Positions 12,058 through 23,193 of a DNA stretch of 64,000 bases are shown here, piece after piece (within the stretch, counting starts at the first letter, position 1; every line of letters starts with the position of its first letter). Position numbers and translations under genes: made by a program. Origin of the DNA: Eledone cirrhosa (lineage: Eukaryota); assembly GCA_964016885.1 (NCBI GenBank), contig OZ024762.1, positions 24,552,001 through 24,616,000 on the forward strand. The letters run 5' to 3'. The notes beneath the pieces were generated by a model. The model did no database searches, was not told where the DNA came from, and worked only from the letters and a program-made list of their open reading frames with translations.

Positions 12058-13917
12058 GTAAAAGGTAAACAGAAATAACAACACAATCTGTACAGTATAT
12101 GGCAGGAAGATATATGTATATATAATATGTGTATATAATCCTCTCCCTCCCACATATATTTAATGAGATGAGTTTTATTGTATATATGTATGCAGATATA
12201 TATATATATACATATGTATGTATAATGTGTATATAGTATTCGATGATGAAGTCCCCTCCCTCTGACATATATTTAATGAGATGAGTTTTTATCTATATAT
12301 GTATGCAGATGTGTGTGTGTGTATATATATATATATATACGTACATTTGTATGTATAATATGTGTGTATATAGTATATTTAATGAGATCAGTTTTTAATA
12401 TGAAATGCATTTCCAAAACTGAATGAAACAGTTATAATAACAGATAATAGTGTATAAAAAATATTATATTAATTATTTTTTTACCTTCAAACATTGACTA
12501 AAATATGACTAAAATTGCTGAGAACATAATGTGTGTGTATATATAAATATTTATATTTATATATATGTGTGTGTATGAGTGTCTGTGTATGTATATATAT
12601 ATATATTTATATATACATATATGTATAGGGATATATGTATATGTGTGTATATATATATGTTTATATACATATGTATATGAGTGTATATAAACATAAACAC
12701 ACAACATAAATACACACATATATATACATATATATGTATGTGTATGTGTGTGTGTATTAAAAAACACACATATATGCATATATATATATATATATATGTG
12801 TGTGTGTATATAGATTTATGTGTGTTTATATATATATATACACACACACACCCATGTATGTATAAAAATATTTGTATGTTTATGTGTGCTTATGTATATG
12901 TGTGTTTATACATATACATTTATGATACTCGTTCATACACAAAAGAAGGGAAAAATTAATATGCCTGCAACATCCTACCCAAAAATCCTAAAAATATAAC
13001 ACCTAACAATAACTTTAAAAATTTAAAAAGCTTCATACGCTGCGAAACTAGGGTATTTTTAATACTTTCTACCAATATATGCACATTGCTCTATCTACTT
13101 ATAAAATAACATTTAGAAAAAACAAAATATGAATTTGCTCTCATATTAAACATAAAAGTCTTGTATATTTTAGGCTCTGTAAAAGCAAAAAAAGGTAAAT
13201 ATATAAATTTAAGAAAAAAAAAAGATTTCAATGAAAATACTAAAACGTCAGACAAAATGTTTGAATATAGGTGGCACTGGGTGGGAAGGTGGTTTCTTTT
13301 ATGCTATAGATGTTGCATGAATTTTGAAATTCTTGCACAAACTACGTAAGCAAAGCTGATTCATTCAAATGCCTTTGGCAATAAAATTCTTCTCTCTTTC
13401 TTCCTAGCTGTTTCTCTCTCTCTCTATCTCCCTCTATCTCTTTCTCTTTCATGCTGTTTTTCTCTCAGCCTTTCTCTCTCTCATTCTGACAACCTTTTTC
13501 TTTCTATTCCATGTGTGTGTATATATAGAGATATATGTACATATATAGAGATATATGTACATAAATACGGATATATGTACATAAATACGGATATATGTAC
13601 ATATATATGGATATATATACATATATATGGATATATATATATATAAACTATTATTCCTATCTATTTTCTTAGCCTACATAACCTTTGCCATCATCACCAC
13701 CATCCTTCTCCTCCATCGTATATTTTATATATTTCATGTATGGCTTCATATATTCCCCCTCAGTTTTTCCATAAGCATTCACGTTTCCAAGTGATTTGGG
13801 TTGAATTTAGAACATGGCGGAACAACAGAGCTTAACTGAGCCTATGCCGGAACATCGATAAATTTGTTTGCCCTGTGAAACATAACAACCAAATCTCCTT
13901 CAGTCTTTTTTTTCTCA

Positions 13918-14337
13918 TCCTTTAGCATTTACATTACTCTATAAAAACTATGGTGACATGGATTGGCAGTATCGGTAGAGAGTCGGACGCCATGCTTTCC
14001 AGCATAGTTACGTCCCTTTATGATTTGAGTTCAAATCCCGCCGAGGTTGACTTTGCCTTTCATCCTTACGGGGTCGATAAAATAAAGTACCAGTAATGCA
14101 CTGGGTAATTGCTGGCCTTGTGCCTAAAGTAGAAACAATTACTCTATAAAAACTATTGTATTTTTGTGGTAAAGGCTTTACCTTACATAATTATCTCACA
14201 GAATATTGAAACTATAAGATTTTGATGTTATTTATTTCGAGAACAATACCTTAACATCAGTATGAGTGGCTGGTTTAAACAGAAAGAGATGAGAGAATTC
14301 TGGACGGATACGGCCGGGTTAAATGCCAAAGGATTAA
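13918..14337 (+). mobile_element. piggyBac-type MITE interrupted by a SINE
   Basis: MITE 5' end at 13918 and remainder at 14157-14337. SINE 13952-14137 is flanked by a 19-bp TSD. Confidence 0.8.
13952..14137 (+). mobile_element. SINE family A, full length, young
   Basis: A-box tggcagtatcgg, B-box gagttcaaatcc, TSD attactctataaaaactat at 13933-51 and 14138-56. Confidence 0.9.
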
Positions 14338-14532
14338 AAAGCATAGTTGTTTCTATTTTATTCTTTTACTGTTGTCAGTTCTTAGACTGTGATCATGGTG
14401 AGGTATTACTTTTCAGAGATTTAGACTATTATATCCAACCCTGGTACTTATTTATTTAGTTATTTCAAGTTTGGTACTTATTTTATCAATCTCTCTTTGT
14501 TGACCTACTAAGTTAGATGATGTAATCAAACA

Positions 14533-14872
14533 TCATCATTCATCATCATTTCATTTTACGTCCGCTTTTTCCCTGCTTGCAAGGGTGGGATGGGAACTGA
14601 TGCTGGCTTGATTTCTACAGCTGGATGCCCTTCCTAACACCAACCTCATTTACAGTGAGTGCTGGGTGCTTTTTCGCCGTGGCACCTCCACGACCACTTT
14701 GCAGTGGTATGATAGGAACCCCAGTCCCTATCACCTCATTTCTACAGCTGAGTAAACTGGAGCAATGTGAAATAAAGTGTCTTGCTCAAGGAAACAACAC
14801 ATCACCCGGTCTGAGAATTGAACTCACAACCTTTCGATTGCAAGGCCAATGCTCTAACCACTAAGCCATGTG
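14533..14872 (-). mobile_element. tRNA-derived SINE family B (CORE-like body, RTE-type tail ending in (ATG)n)
   Basis: Reverse strand: catggcttagtggttagagc...gagttcaattc...ccttgagcaagacacttt...ggaagggcatccagctgtag...atgatg. Near-identical to 60765 and 61834. Confidence 0.85.
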
Positions 14873-15237
14873 AATGTAAAATAAACAGGGATGAACTCAT
14901 GAATGCATACACACCCTCACGATCACAAGCATATGCACATATGATAGGCTTTTGCAGAGTTTCTGTCTACCAAATTTTACTCTAGTTCCACACTGTAAAC
15001 GTGGTTGGTTTTAGGAAGGGCATCCAGCTGTATAATACCCAGCCAAATTTACAGTCTTCATTGGAGCAAAGTGCAACACATGGCCAACCCTGGTCAGATT
15101 TGCCTCCCGCTGTGGACGACCCATCTAAGCCATGCAAGCATGGAAAAATGGACGTCAAACAATGAGGATGATGATGAAGACATTGACTAAATTAAGGTTA
15201 ATAAACAACTAAATATTTTATGTTATTATTTCACCAG

Positions 15238-15422
15238 GGGCAGTGGATTGTCAGTATCGGTAGAGGGTCGGACACCATGCTTTCCAGCATAGTTACGTCC
15301 CTTTGCGGTCTGAGTTCAAATCCCGCCGAGGTTAACTTTACCTTTCATCCTTACGGGGTCGATAAAATAAAGTACCAGTAATGTACTGGGTAATTGATGG
15401 CCTTGTGCCAAAAGTAGAAACA
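15238..15422 (+). mobile_element. SINE family A, full length
   Basis: A and B boxes. 13-bp TSD attatttcaccag at 15225-37 and 15423-35. Confidence 0.9.
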
Positions 15423-15726
15423 ATTATTTCACCAGTCAAAGTTATCAGATCTCGAATAAGCTTCATGGAAAAACCCTTCAACTTTGTCAAAGATATAACA
15501 ACCTCCCTAGTGTTGGTCGTCTACACAATAAATGCACCCAGTAGACTCTGTAAAGTGGTTGGAGATAGGAAGAGCATCCAGCTGTGGAAAACCTGCTAAA
15601 CAAAGGATTGGGAAGACTTTCAGTTGTGTCAAAGATATGACAACTTTCCTGGTACTGGTGCCACGATAAAATATACTTGGTGGAGAGCAGGATTTTAATT
15701 TAACTCCCTTTCATTCCAAGATCAGA

Positions 15727-15941
15727 TTAACCTTTAGCATTGACATTACTCTATCTTTACTATTATATTTTCACAGTAAAGTCTTTATCTCACATAATAT
15801 CGAATCTATGATATTTTGATATTATTTATTTTAAGAACAATACTTTAACATCAGTATGAGTGGCCAGTTATGACCAGTTTGAACAGAAAGAGGTGAGAGA
15901 ATTCTGACTGGATTTGGCCGATTTAAATACTAAAGTGTTAA
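15727..15941 (+). mobile_element. piggyBac-type MITE copy
   Basis: ttaacctttagcattgac...tttaaatactaaagtgttaa. Confidence 0.78.
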
Positions 15942-16269
15942 TAACGAGAAAAGTTAGTTATATTGGTAAGCCCCTCCAAATTCTTGATTATTTAAACATC
16001 CTAGGCAATGTCTTTCATTTAAAACATAGTAACAAATTGATTAAAGAGAGATTTGGCTACTGTTTCTAGCAAACTATCCAACTGCACAGAAGCTCCCTTG
16101 CTGGTTTGTTGCTTGCACATGTTTAATTACTAACACAGTGTGTTTAAAGGTAAAGCAAATATATTGACTGGCTTGTAACCATAGCTCTGTAGATATATAT
16201 CAAGTATATATTTGTCTTTTAAACACAATATTGACCCAGTCTAAGAATGAAAGTAAAACATTATTATTA

Positions 16270-16885
16270 GGGTGGTGGATTGGCAGTATTGGTAGAGGGT
16301 CGGACGCCATGCTTTCCAGCATAGTTATGTCCCTTTACGATCTGAGTTCAAATCCTGCCGAGGTTGACTTTGCCTTTCATCCTTACGGGGTCGATAAAAT
16401 AAAGTACCAGTAATGCACTGGGTAATTGCTGGCCTTGTGCCTAAAGTAGAAACAATTATTATTATTGTGGTAGGGTAGGTGTTGGCAACTTTGGTAGAGC
16501 ATCGAGCTACATGCTTTGTGGCATATAGTTTCAACTCTTTATATTCTGAGTTCAAATTTTGCTGATGTTAGCTTTGCCTCCCATCCTTAGTACAGTGTTG
16601 ATAAAATAAAGTACCAGTAATGCACTAGGGTCGATTTAATCGATTTTCCTCACCCCTTGTGCCTAAACCAGAAACCATTATTGTAATGAAAGGTAATGGA
16701 ACCTTGGACATAATAGTTTGCAGCATTTAGTTACAGCTTTTTAAGTTCTGAGTTCAAATCCTGGCAATGTCATCTTTGACTTTATAATTTCCTGAGTCAA
16801 TAAAATACAGTACCAGTAATGCTCTGGGGTTGATATAGTTTTCTCCTTCTCTCCATATTGCTGGCCTTGAGCAGAAATTAGAAAC
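16270..16885 (+). mobile_element. Three head-to-tail SINE family A copies
   Basis: Three gagttcaaat B-boxes, each followed by ataaaat..agtaccagtaatgc. Confidence 0.85.
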
Positions 16886-17399
16886 CTTTTAAAGAAGCAT
16901 TTTTTGTAAATTTAGCATTTTATTTTAGAGTTTGGTTTGTTAGTAGTTTTTTTTTGTTAATTTTATTTTTTGTTATTTTTATTTTTTGTTATTTTTATTT
17001 TTTTGTTTTCCTTTTTCTTTTTGCACTTTTTTTTGTTTTTCATTGTTTCACTGGCTTTATATAAACTAAACAACCAAAATATGTTGGCTGCATAGTGTAT
17101 ATATATGTGTGTGGTGTGTATATATAAATACATATATCTATATCCATATATATATATATATAAATAGAAAAAATGAAACAAAATTTCATTTCCCACTCTT
17201 AGTATGGCTGTTACTTAAATATAAGTATGTACGTGTACATACATATATGTATACAGACGTACAGTAGTATGTATATATATATACGTACATGCACATATGG
17301 ATTCACCGAACATTTATTATAATGCTCGGTGTGTTTGTAAACAAACATCCCGTATTAAGCCGTAGTGTCCAGCAACCATCGTTGCTCGTTTGTTCAACA

Positions 17400-17468
17400 C
17401 TGACAAAGGAACGCTGTACTAGTTTCAAGCTTATTAGCTATCATCAGCAATGTATACCTTCCTGCCAG
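17400..17468 (-). ncRNA. Type I hammerhead ribozyme (inverted partner copy)
   Basis: Reverse complement reads attg CTGATGA tagctaataagctt GAAA CTAG TA cagc. TCATCAG is at 17441-17447. Confidence 0.72.
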
Positions 17469-17708
17469 ATTGTTGAACGTCTGAAAGTATGTACTTTCCT
17501 TATGCATATTAACGGCTGAGCAGCCTAATTTGCATATCCAGTGAGTTAATCGGACGGGCTCACCGAAAACGATAAACGGAAAAAAATGAAACAAAATTTT
17601 GTTTCATTTTTATCGTTTTCGGTGCACCCGGCCGATTAACCCACTCGATATGCAAATTGGGCTACTCAGCCGTTAATATGCATAAGATAAGTATATACGT
17701 TCAACAAT

Positions 17709-17777
17709 CTGGCAGGAAGGTATACGTTGCTGACGATAGCTAATAAGCTTGAAACTAGTACAGCCTTCCTTTGTCAG
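17709..17777 (+). ncRNA. Type I hammerhead ribozyme, minimal, with palindromic stem III
   Basis: ctggcaggaagg-tatac-gttg CTGACGA(17730-36) t-agct-aata-agct-t GAAA(17751-54) CTAG TA| cagccttcc-tt-tgtcag. Predicted cleavage after GUA at 17760. Confidence 0.75.
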
Positions 17778-18068
17778 TGTTGAACAAATGAGCAACGATG
17801 GTTGCTAAACACTATGGCTTAATACGGGATATTTGTTTACAAACACACCGAGCATTACAATAAATGTTCGGTGAATCCATACGTACATATATATATGTGT
17901 GCATGTATATATATATATACATACTACTGTACGTCTGTATGCATATATGTATGTACGCGTACATACTTATATATATATATATTGTTTCTTTTTATTTAAA
18001 AATGAATTATTAATTACTTTATATGTATGAATATATATATATATATGTGTGTATGTATATATATATAT

Positions 18069-18099
<31 letters not shown>

Positions 18100-18318
18100 A
18101 TATATATATATATATAATATATGGGAAATGAAATTTTGTTTCATTTTTTCCGTATATATATTATATATATATTATATATTATATATATATTATATATTAT
18201 ATATATATATATATATTATATATTATATATATATATATTATATATTATATATATATATATATAATATATGGGAAATGAAATTTTGTTTCATTTTTTCCGT
18301 ATATATATATTATATATA

Positions 18319-18354
<36 letters not shown>

Positions 18355-18654
18355 AAAAGGTAAACAGAAATAATAACAATCGGTACACACATAAATAATA
18401 TAACACTTTGGCAAGCAAGCAAAGCAAATGCTACAAGATATAATTATTATGTTTATATTTTGTTTTACTGCACCAAAAACATAATTATTCAGATTTTTCA
18501 TTTGTCATCTTAATTTATATTTTAATATAGGCTTTTCATTCATTTAATCATCCATTCGTTAACAAAGCATAAATATTGTGTGAATATCAGTCCTTTGGTT
18601 TTTGCTAGGCAGCACCATGATTTATTATTGTTGTTGTTTTTATTATTATTGTTA

Positions 18655-19260
18655 TTAATTGGCAGTGTTGGTAGAGTGTCGGACACCATGCTTTGCAGCA
18701 TAGAGTTACGGTCCTTTACGATCTGAGTTCAAATCCCGCCGAACTTAACTTTGCCTTTCATCTTTGTGGGTTCGATAAAATAAAGTACCAGTAACATACT
18801 CGGGTCGATTTAATCGACTTTCCCCTCCCTCCAAATTACTTGCCTTGTGTCTATACTAGAAATCATTATCATTATTTTTAGTATTATCATTATTATTATT
18901 ATTATTATTAATTGGCAGTATTGGTAGGGCATCGAACGCCATGCTTTGAAGTATTTAGTTATGTCCCTTTACCTTTTGAGTTCAAATCCCTCCGAGGTTA
19001 ACTTTGCCTTTCATCCTCTCGGAGTCAATAAAATAAAGTACCAATAATTGTCTCTACTTTAGGCACAAGGCCAGCAATTACCCAGTGCATTACTGGTACT
19101 TTATTTTATCGACCCCCGTAAGGATGAAAGGCAAGTACCAATAATGCACTGGGGTATTGTGCCCATTGTGCCAAAAGTAGAAACAATTACCATTATTTAA
19201 ATAGATATAGATGGTTTGGGATTGGCAGAATCGGTAGAGCGTTGCACAGGATGCTTGTCC
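18655..19260 (+). mobile_element. SINE family A cluster, including an inverted truncated copy (19049-19132)
   Basis: Two full copies plus a head fragment. The inverted insert is flanked by the duplication aagtaccaataat. Confidence 0.82.
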
Positions 19261-19398
19261 ATCACAGTATTAACCCTTTAGTATTTACATTACTCTATAT
19301 ATGTTATATTTTCACAGTAAAGGCTTTACCTCACATAATTATCACATAATATCGAATCTACAAGATTTTGATATTATTTAGTTTGAGAACCATACCAT

Positions 19399-19925
19399 AA
19401 CCTACATAGGTGTGAGCTATAACAGCAACAATAGTCCTGGGACTCCTGTGATTAAAACACCTGTAAAACCTATGAGATGCTACCTCATAGGTGGACAGCT
19501 AAACCTACATAGGTGTGAGCTATAACAACAACAATAGTCCTGGGACCCCTGTGATTAAAACACCTGTAAAACCTATGAGATGCTACCTCATAGGTGGACA
19601 GTTAAACTTACATAGGTGTGAGCTATAACAACAACTAGTCCTGGGACCCCTGTGATTAAAACACCTGTAAAACCTATGAGATGCTACCTCATAGGTGGAC
19701 AGCTAAACCTACATAGGTGTGAGCTATAACAACAACAATAGTCCTGGGACCCCTGTGATTAAAACACCTGTAAAAGCTATGAGATGCTACCTCATAGGTG
19801 GACAGTTAAACTTACATAGGTGTGAGCTATAACAACAATAGTCCTGGGACCCCTGTGATTAAAACACCTGTAAAAGCTATGAGATGCTACCTCATAGGTG
19901 GACAGCTAAACTTACATAGGTGTGC
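19399..19925. repeat. Tandem repeat, ~102-bp unit x5+
   Basis: Unit aacctacataggtgtgagctataacaacaacaatagtcctgggacccctgtgattaaaacacctgtaaaacctatgagatgctacctcataggtggacagct. Starts inside a truncated piggyBac MITE (19270-19398). Confidence 0.9.
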
Positions 19926-20302
19926 AATGTAACACCAATAATATATTGCCAGTGCTCCAGCATGGCAGCTACCAATGACTGAAACCAATAAATAAATTAT
20001 AATTGAAACTATTTACTAACACTAAAGACCAGGTGTTAATTTATCTCAACTAATTATTTTCATTACAATCACCTTTGCTGCCATTTCTCACTTCACCAAT
20101 TTCTCACTAACGATTAATGTAATATTTAATCTCTGTCTGTCTGTCTCAATTTTTTTTTGTGTGTTTGTGTGTGTGTCTGTTTTTAATTAATTATTTTATT
20201 TTTGTTTTTATTTTTATTTTTGTTTGCTTGTCAATTTCCTATTCATATTTCTTTTCTGTATATGGCGGTGAGATTGCAAAACATTCATAGAATAGCTACA
20301 CC

Positions 20303-20336
<34 letters not shown>

Positions 20337-21435
20337 ATATCATCATTTTACGTCCGGTTTTTTTTTTTTTTTTTTTTTTTTTCCATGCTTGCATGGGCTG
20401 GATGTGTCAGCAACATTATCCAAAATTAGACAGTATTTGTCAGTAACCCCCATCTCGCTTATCTGTTCCACCATATTTGATTTGGTTCCTTCCTAATGCT
20501 GGATGCCCTTGAGAATGCTAACCACTTCACCGGTGTGCATTTGTTTCAGTTTCTTCGTGGTTTCTGTTTTCTTGTTTTCAACTTTTAAATCTAATCACAG
20601 CCAAGGCAGTCAAATGTTGCCTTTTGCCCCTGCCTAAGGGAATTGGTAAAATATAGCACCAGTCTATACACCAGGTATTAGGGTCTGTATGTGAGCCAAT
20701 AACTATATTAGCTATTGATAATAAACCCCTGAAATGTGCTGTGGTTACCTGACTTCAATGCATATGTATATTATAAAGAAAATCTTTTTCAAGGAAGTTA
20801 TCAGATTTTTTCAAATTTAAAGGTTTTTTTAGGGACTTTCATTGTTTTTATACGTTTTGCTGTCTGAAGAGCTCTGGCTATCATAACTGATAGTCCTCAG
20901 TGGATTATGTATAACAGAGTTTTATATAAACCTGAATCAACTGAATTTGGGTTCCGATCTTTTAATGATATATATATATAATACTCTTTACAATTAAGTA
21001 AGAAAAATGAAAGAAAAAAGATAGAGAGAGAGAAAGAAAACAGAGATAAAAATAAGAAAAAAATGATGAGAAACAAGGACAGTTATAAAGCAGCTAAAAG
21101 TTTTTTTTGTTCAATCTTTTCATAGCCTCCATTTACTGAAAGATCTTGTTTCTGGTTGGTAGATCTTAGTTTATGGTTGCACCTGCAATCTTGGTCATAT
21201 TTTAAAGACCAGTTTCTAGTTTAAAGACCTCCCAGCTAGTTTTTTAACAATGGAACAAATAATGATGTATTATATATTGCAATGGAAAGATCTAATTTTC
21301 CTTGCTTCGATTTAATGCGTTCCATTCCACTTGGTGAGCGAATGAGGTCAGGGATTTTGTTAATCGGTTCCCCTATATATATATATAGTAAGCATTAATT
21401 TTAGCATTCTTTATTTCATGGAATGGCTAAGTCTA

Positions 21436-21628
21436 CCTATGAAAATTTCATAGGCTGACCAAGATACTCTCATGGAATGACTAAATGCGGGTTATTTTTC
21501 AACATAGTCCTTGGAAAGAAACAATGCTGTTATTAATAAGAAGTGTTGCAATTAATGCATGCAAGATTTCACAACTGTAGCATCACTCTTTCGTAGTCAG
21601 CCTATGAACATTTTAGCTTACTCTCGTA
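21436..21628. mobile_element. Decayed Tc1/mariner-type MITE
   Basis: Inverted ends ttcataggctgac / gtcagcctatgaa. Confidence 0.5.
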
Positions 21629-22011
21629 TGTTAGAATTCAATATTTCAGTGGTTGCCATTTTGAGGATTTAACAGCTCCTGTACTTGTATCATAAGGCAA
21701 ATAGAGTATTTTAGACTGTCCTATAGAAGGTTTCACAGTATTTGATTTTGCTTTCTGTGCTCTGGATTCAAATGATGCCAGGGTAAAGTTTGCAGGTCAT
21801 TAATTAAAGTACCTGTCTAGTACTGGTGTTGATTCCCTCCCCCACTTCCTCTATATCCAGTTCTCACTTCCTCTCTAACACTCTATTCTTTTTTTGGAAG
21901 CTGTGTTCAGAACTGAAAAGGGAAGGGCATCATTAGGTTTTAAAATGCCCAAGAAATGCTGTTGTATGTCATTACTGTGTTCCTTCCTAAGACTCCTTCA
22001 GGAGTTATCAT

Positions 22012-22782
22012 CCTTCTATGATCAGTTACCTCTGTCAGTCATTGCACTGTGGTCATATGTAGGTCTGGTGGAAGCATCTTTAAGATATACATCAAGGTCA
22101 TTTTTTTTTTTTTGTCAACCCTTATGCTTAGGAGTTCTGGGCCTCCTATGATAAAGTTACCACTAACAGTCATTGCACTGTGATCATATGTAGGTCTGGT
22201 GGCTCCACCTTCAAGATATTTCATCAAGGTCATTTTTTTTTTGTCAACCCTTATGCTTAGGAGTTCTGGGCCTCCTATGATAAAGTTACCACTAACAGTC
22301 ATTGCACTGTGATCATATGTAGGTCTGGTGGCTCCACCTTCAAGATATTTCATCAAGGTCATTTTTTTTTTTAACCCTTATGCTTAGGAGTTCTGGGCCT
22401 CCTATGATAAAGTTACCACTAACAGTTATTGCACTGTGATCATATGTAGGTCTGGTGGCTCCACCTTCAAGATATTTCATCAAGGTCATTTTTTTTTTGT
22501 CAACCCTTATGCTTAGGAGTTCTGGGCCTCCTATGATAAAGTTACCACTAACAGTTATTGCACTGTGATCATATGTAGGTCTGGTGGCTCCACCTTCAAG
22601 ATATTTCATCAAGGTCATTTTTTTTTTGTCAACCCTTATGCTTAGGAGTTCTGGGCCTCCTATGATAAAGTTACCACTAACAGTTATTGCACTGTGGTCA
22701 CATTTAGGTTTGGTGGCTCCAGGCTCTATCTTCAAAGTATTTCATCAAGGTCATTTTTTTTTTTTTTTATCAACCCTTATGC
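22012..22782. repeat. Tandem repeat, ~129-bp unit x6
   Basis: cctcctatgataaagttacc at 22142, 22271, 22398, 22527 and 22656, plus a diverged copy at 22012. Confidence 0.92.
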
Positions 22783-22940
22783 TTTCTTTATCTGGTAATT
22801 ATTTTATCATTTAAAAAAAAATATATATTTTGTGTGTTTGTCTTAGAAGTCAATATTTCAGTTGTTGACATCTTTTTTTTTTCCAGATCTTATCATGTCT
22901 GTATTTTGTAATGTTTTTATTTTTCTCCGCACTGTTACAG

Positions 22941-22985
22941 GCTACTGTTTACCGAGGTGGGTACCAGCGGTTTGCACCCTACTGA
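22941..22985 (+). CDS. RBFOX: RBFOX terminal coding exon ATVYRGGYQRFAPY* (PY-type NLS)
   Basis: Pyrimidine tract then ttacAG|GCT ACT GTT TAC CGA GGT GGG TAC CAG CGG TTT GCA CCC TAC TGA. YRGGYxRFAPY is the hallmark RBFOX C-terminus. Confidence 0.95.
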   Translation, partial: ATVYRGGYQRFAPY

Positions 22986-23126
22986 GATCACGTGAGTACT
23001 TAACTACAGAGTCCATGGCAAGAAACTCTTTTATCCCTGAATCTGACAGCTAAAGAGGTTGTCTGATTTTTTTTTATACAAAAAACAAACAAGTTTATAT
23101 AATATATATATATATATACATACATA

Positions 23127-23193
<67 letters not shown>

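Larger units (their letters stand above)
17219..17972. mobile_element. Foldback element with ~375-bp imperfect arms and no spacer, one HHR per arm (Penelope-like pLTR derivative)
   Basis: Arms are reverse complements centred at 17596/17597 (atgaaacaaaa|ttttgtttcat). Extra end fragments at ~17166, 18121 and 18269. Flanked by TA repeats. Confidence 0.75.
7715..22940 (+). other. RBFOX: RBFOX intron (15,226 nt, GT-AG)
   Basis: GTAGGT donor at 7715, CAG acceptor ending 22940, phase-compatible exons. Intervening exons cannot be excluded. Confidence 0.8.

Noticed and set aside
14625-14864. Thrice-recurring ORF MPFLTPTSFTVSAG...
   Set aside because: Antisense reading of SINE family B, not a gene family.
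19399-19925. CRISPR-like palindromic repeats
   Set aside because: The sequence between hairpins is identical in every unit, so it is a plain tandem repeat.
22039-22735. Repeating ORFs MTLMKYLEGGATRPTYDHS...
   Set aside because: By-product of a 129-bp (43-codon) tandem unit, broken by T-run indels.
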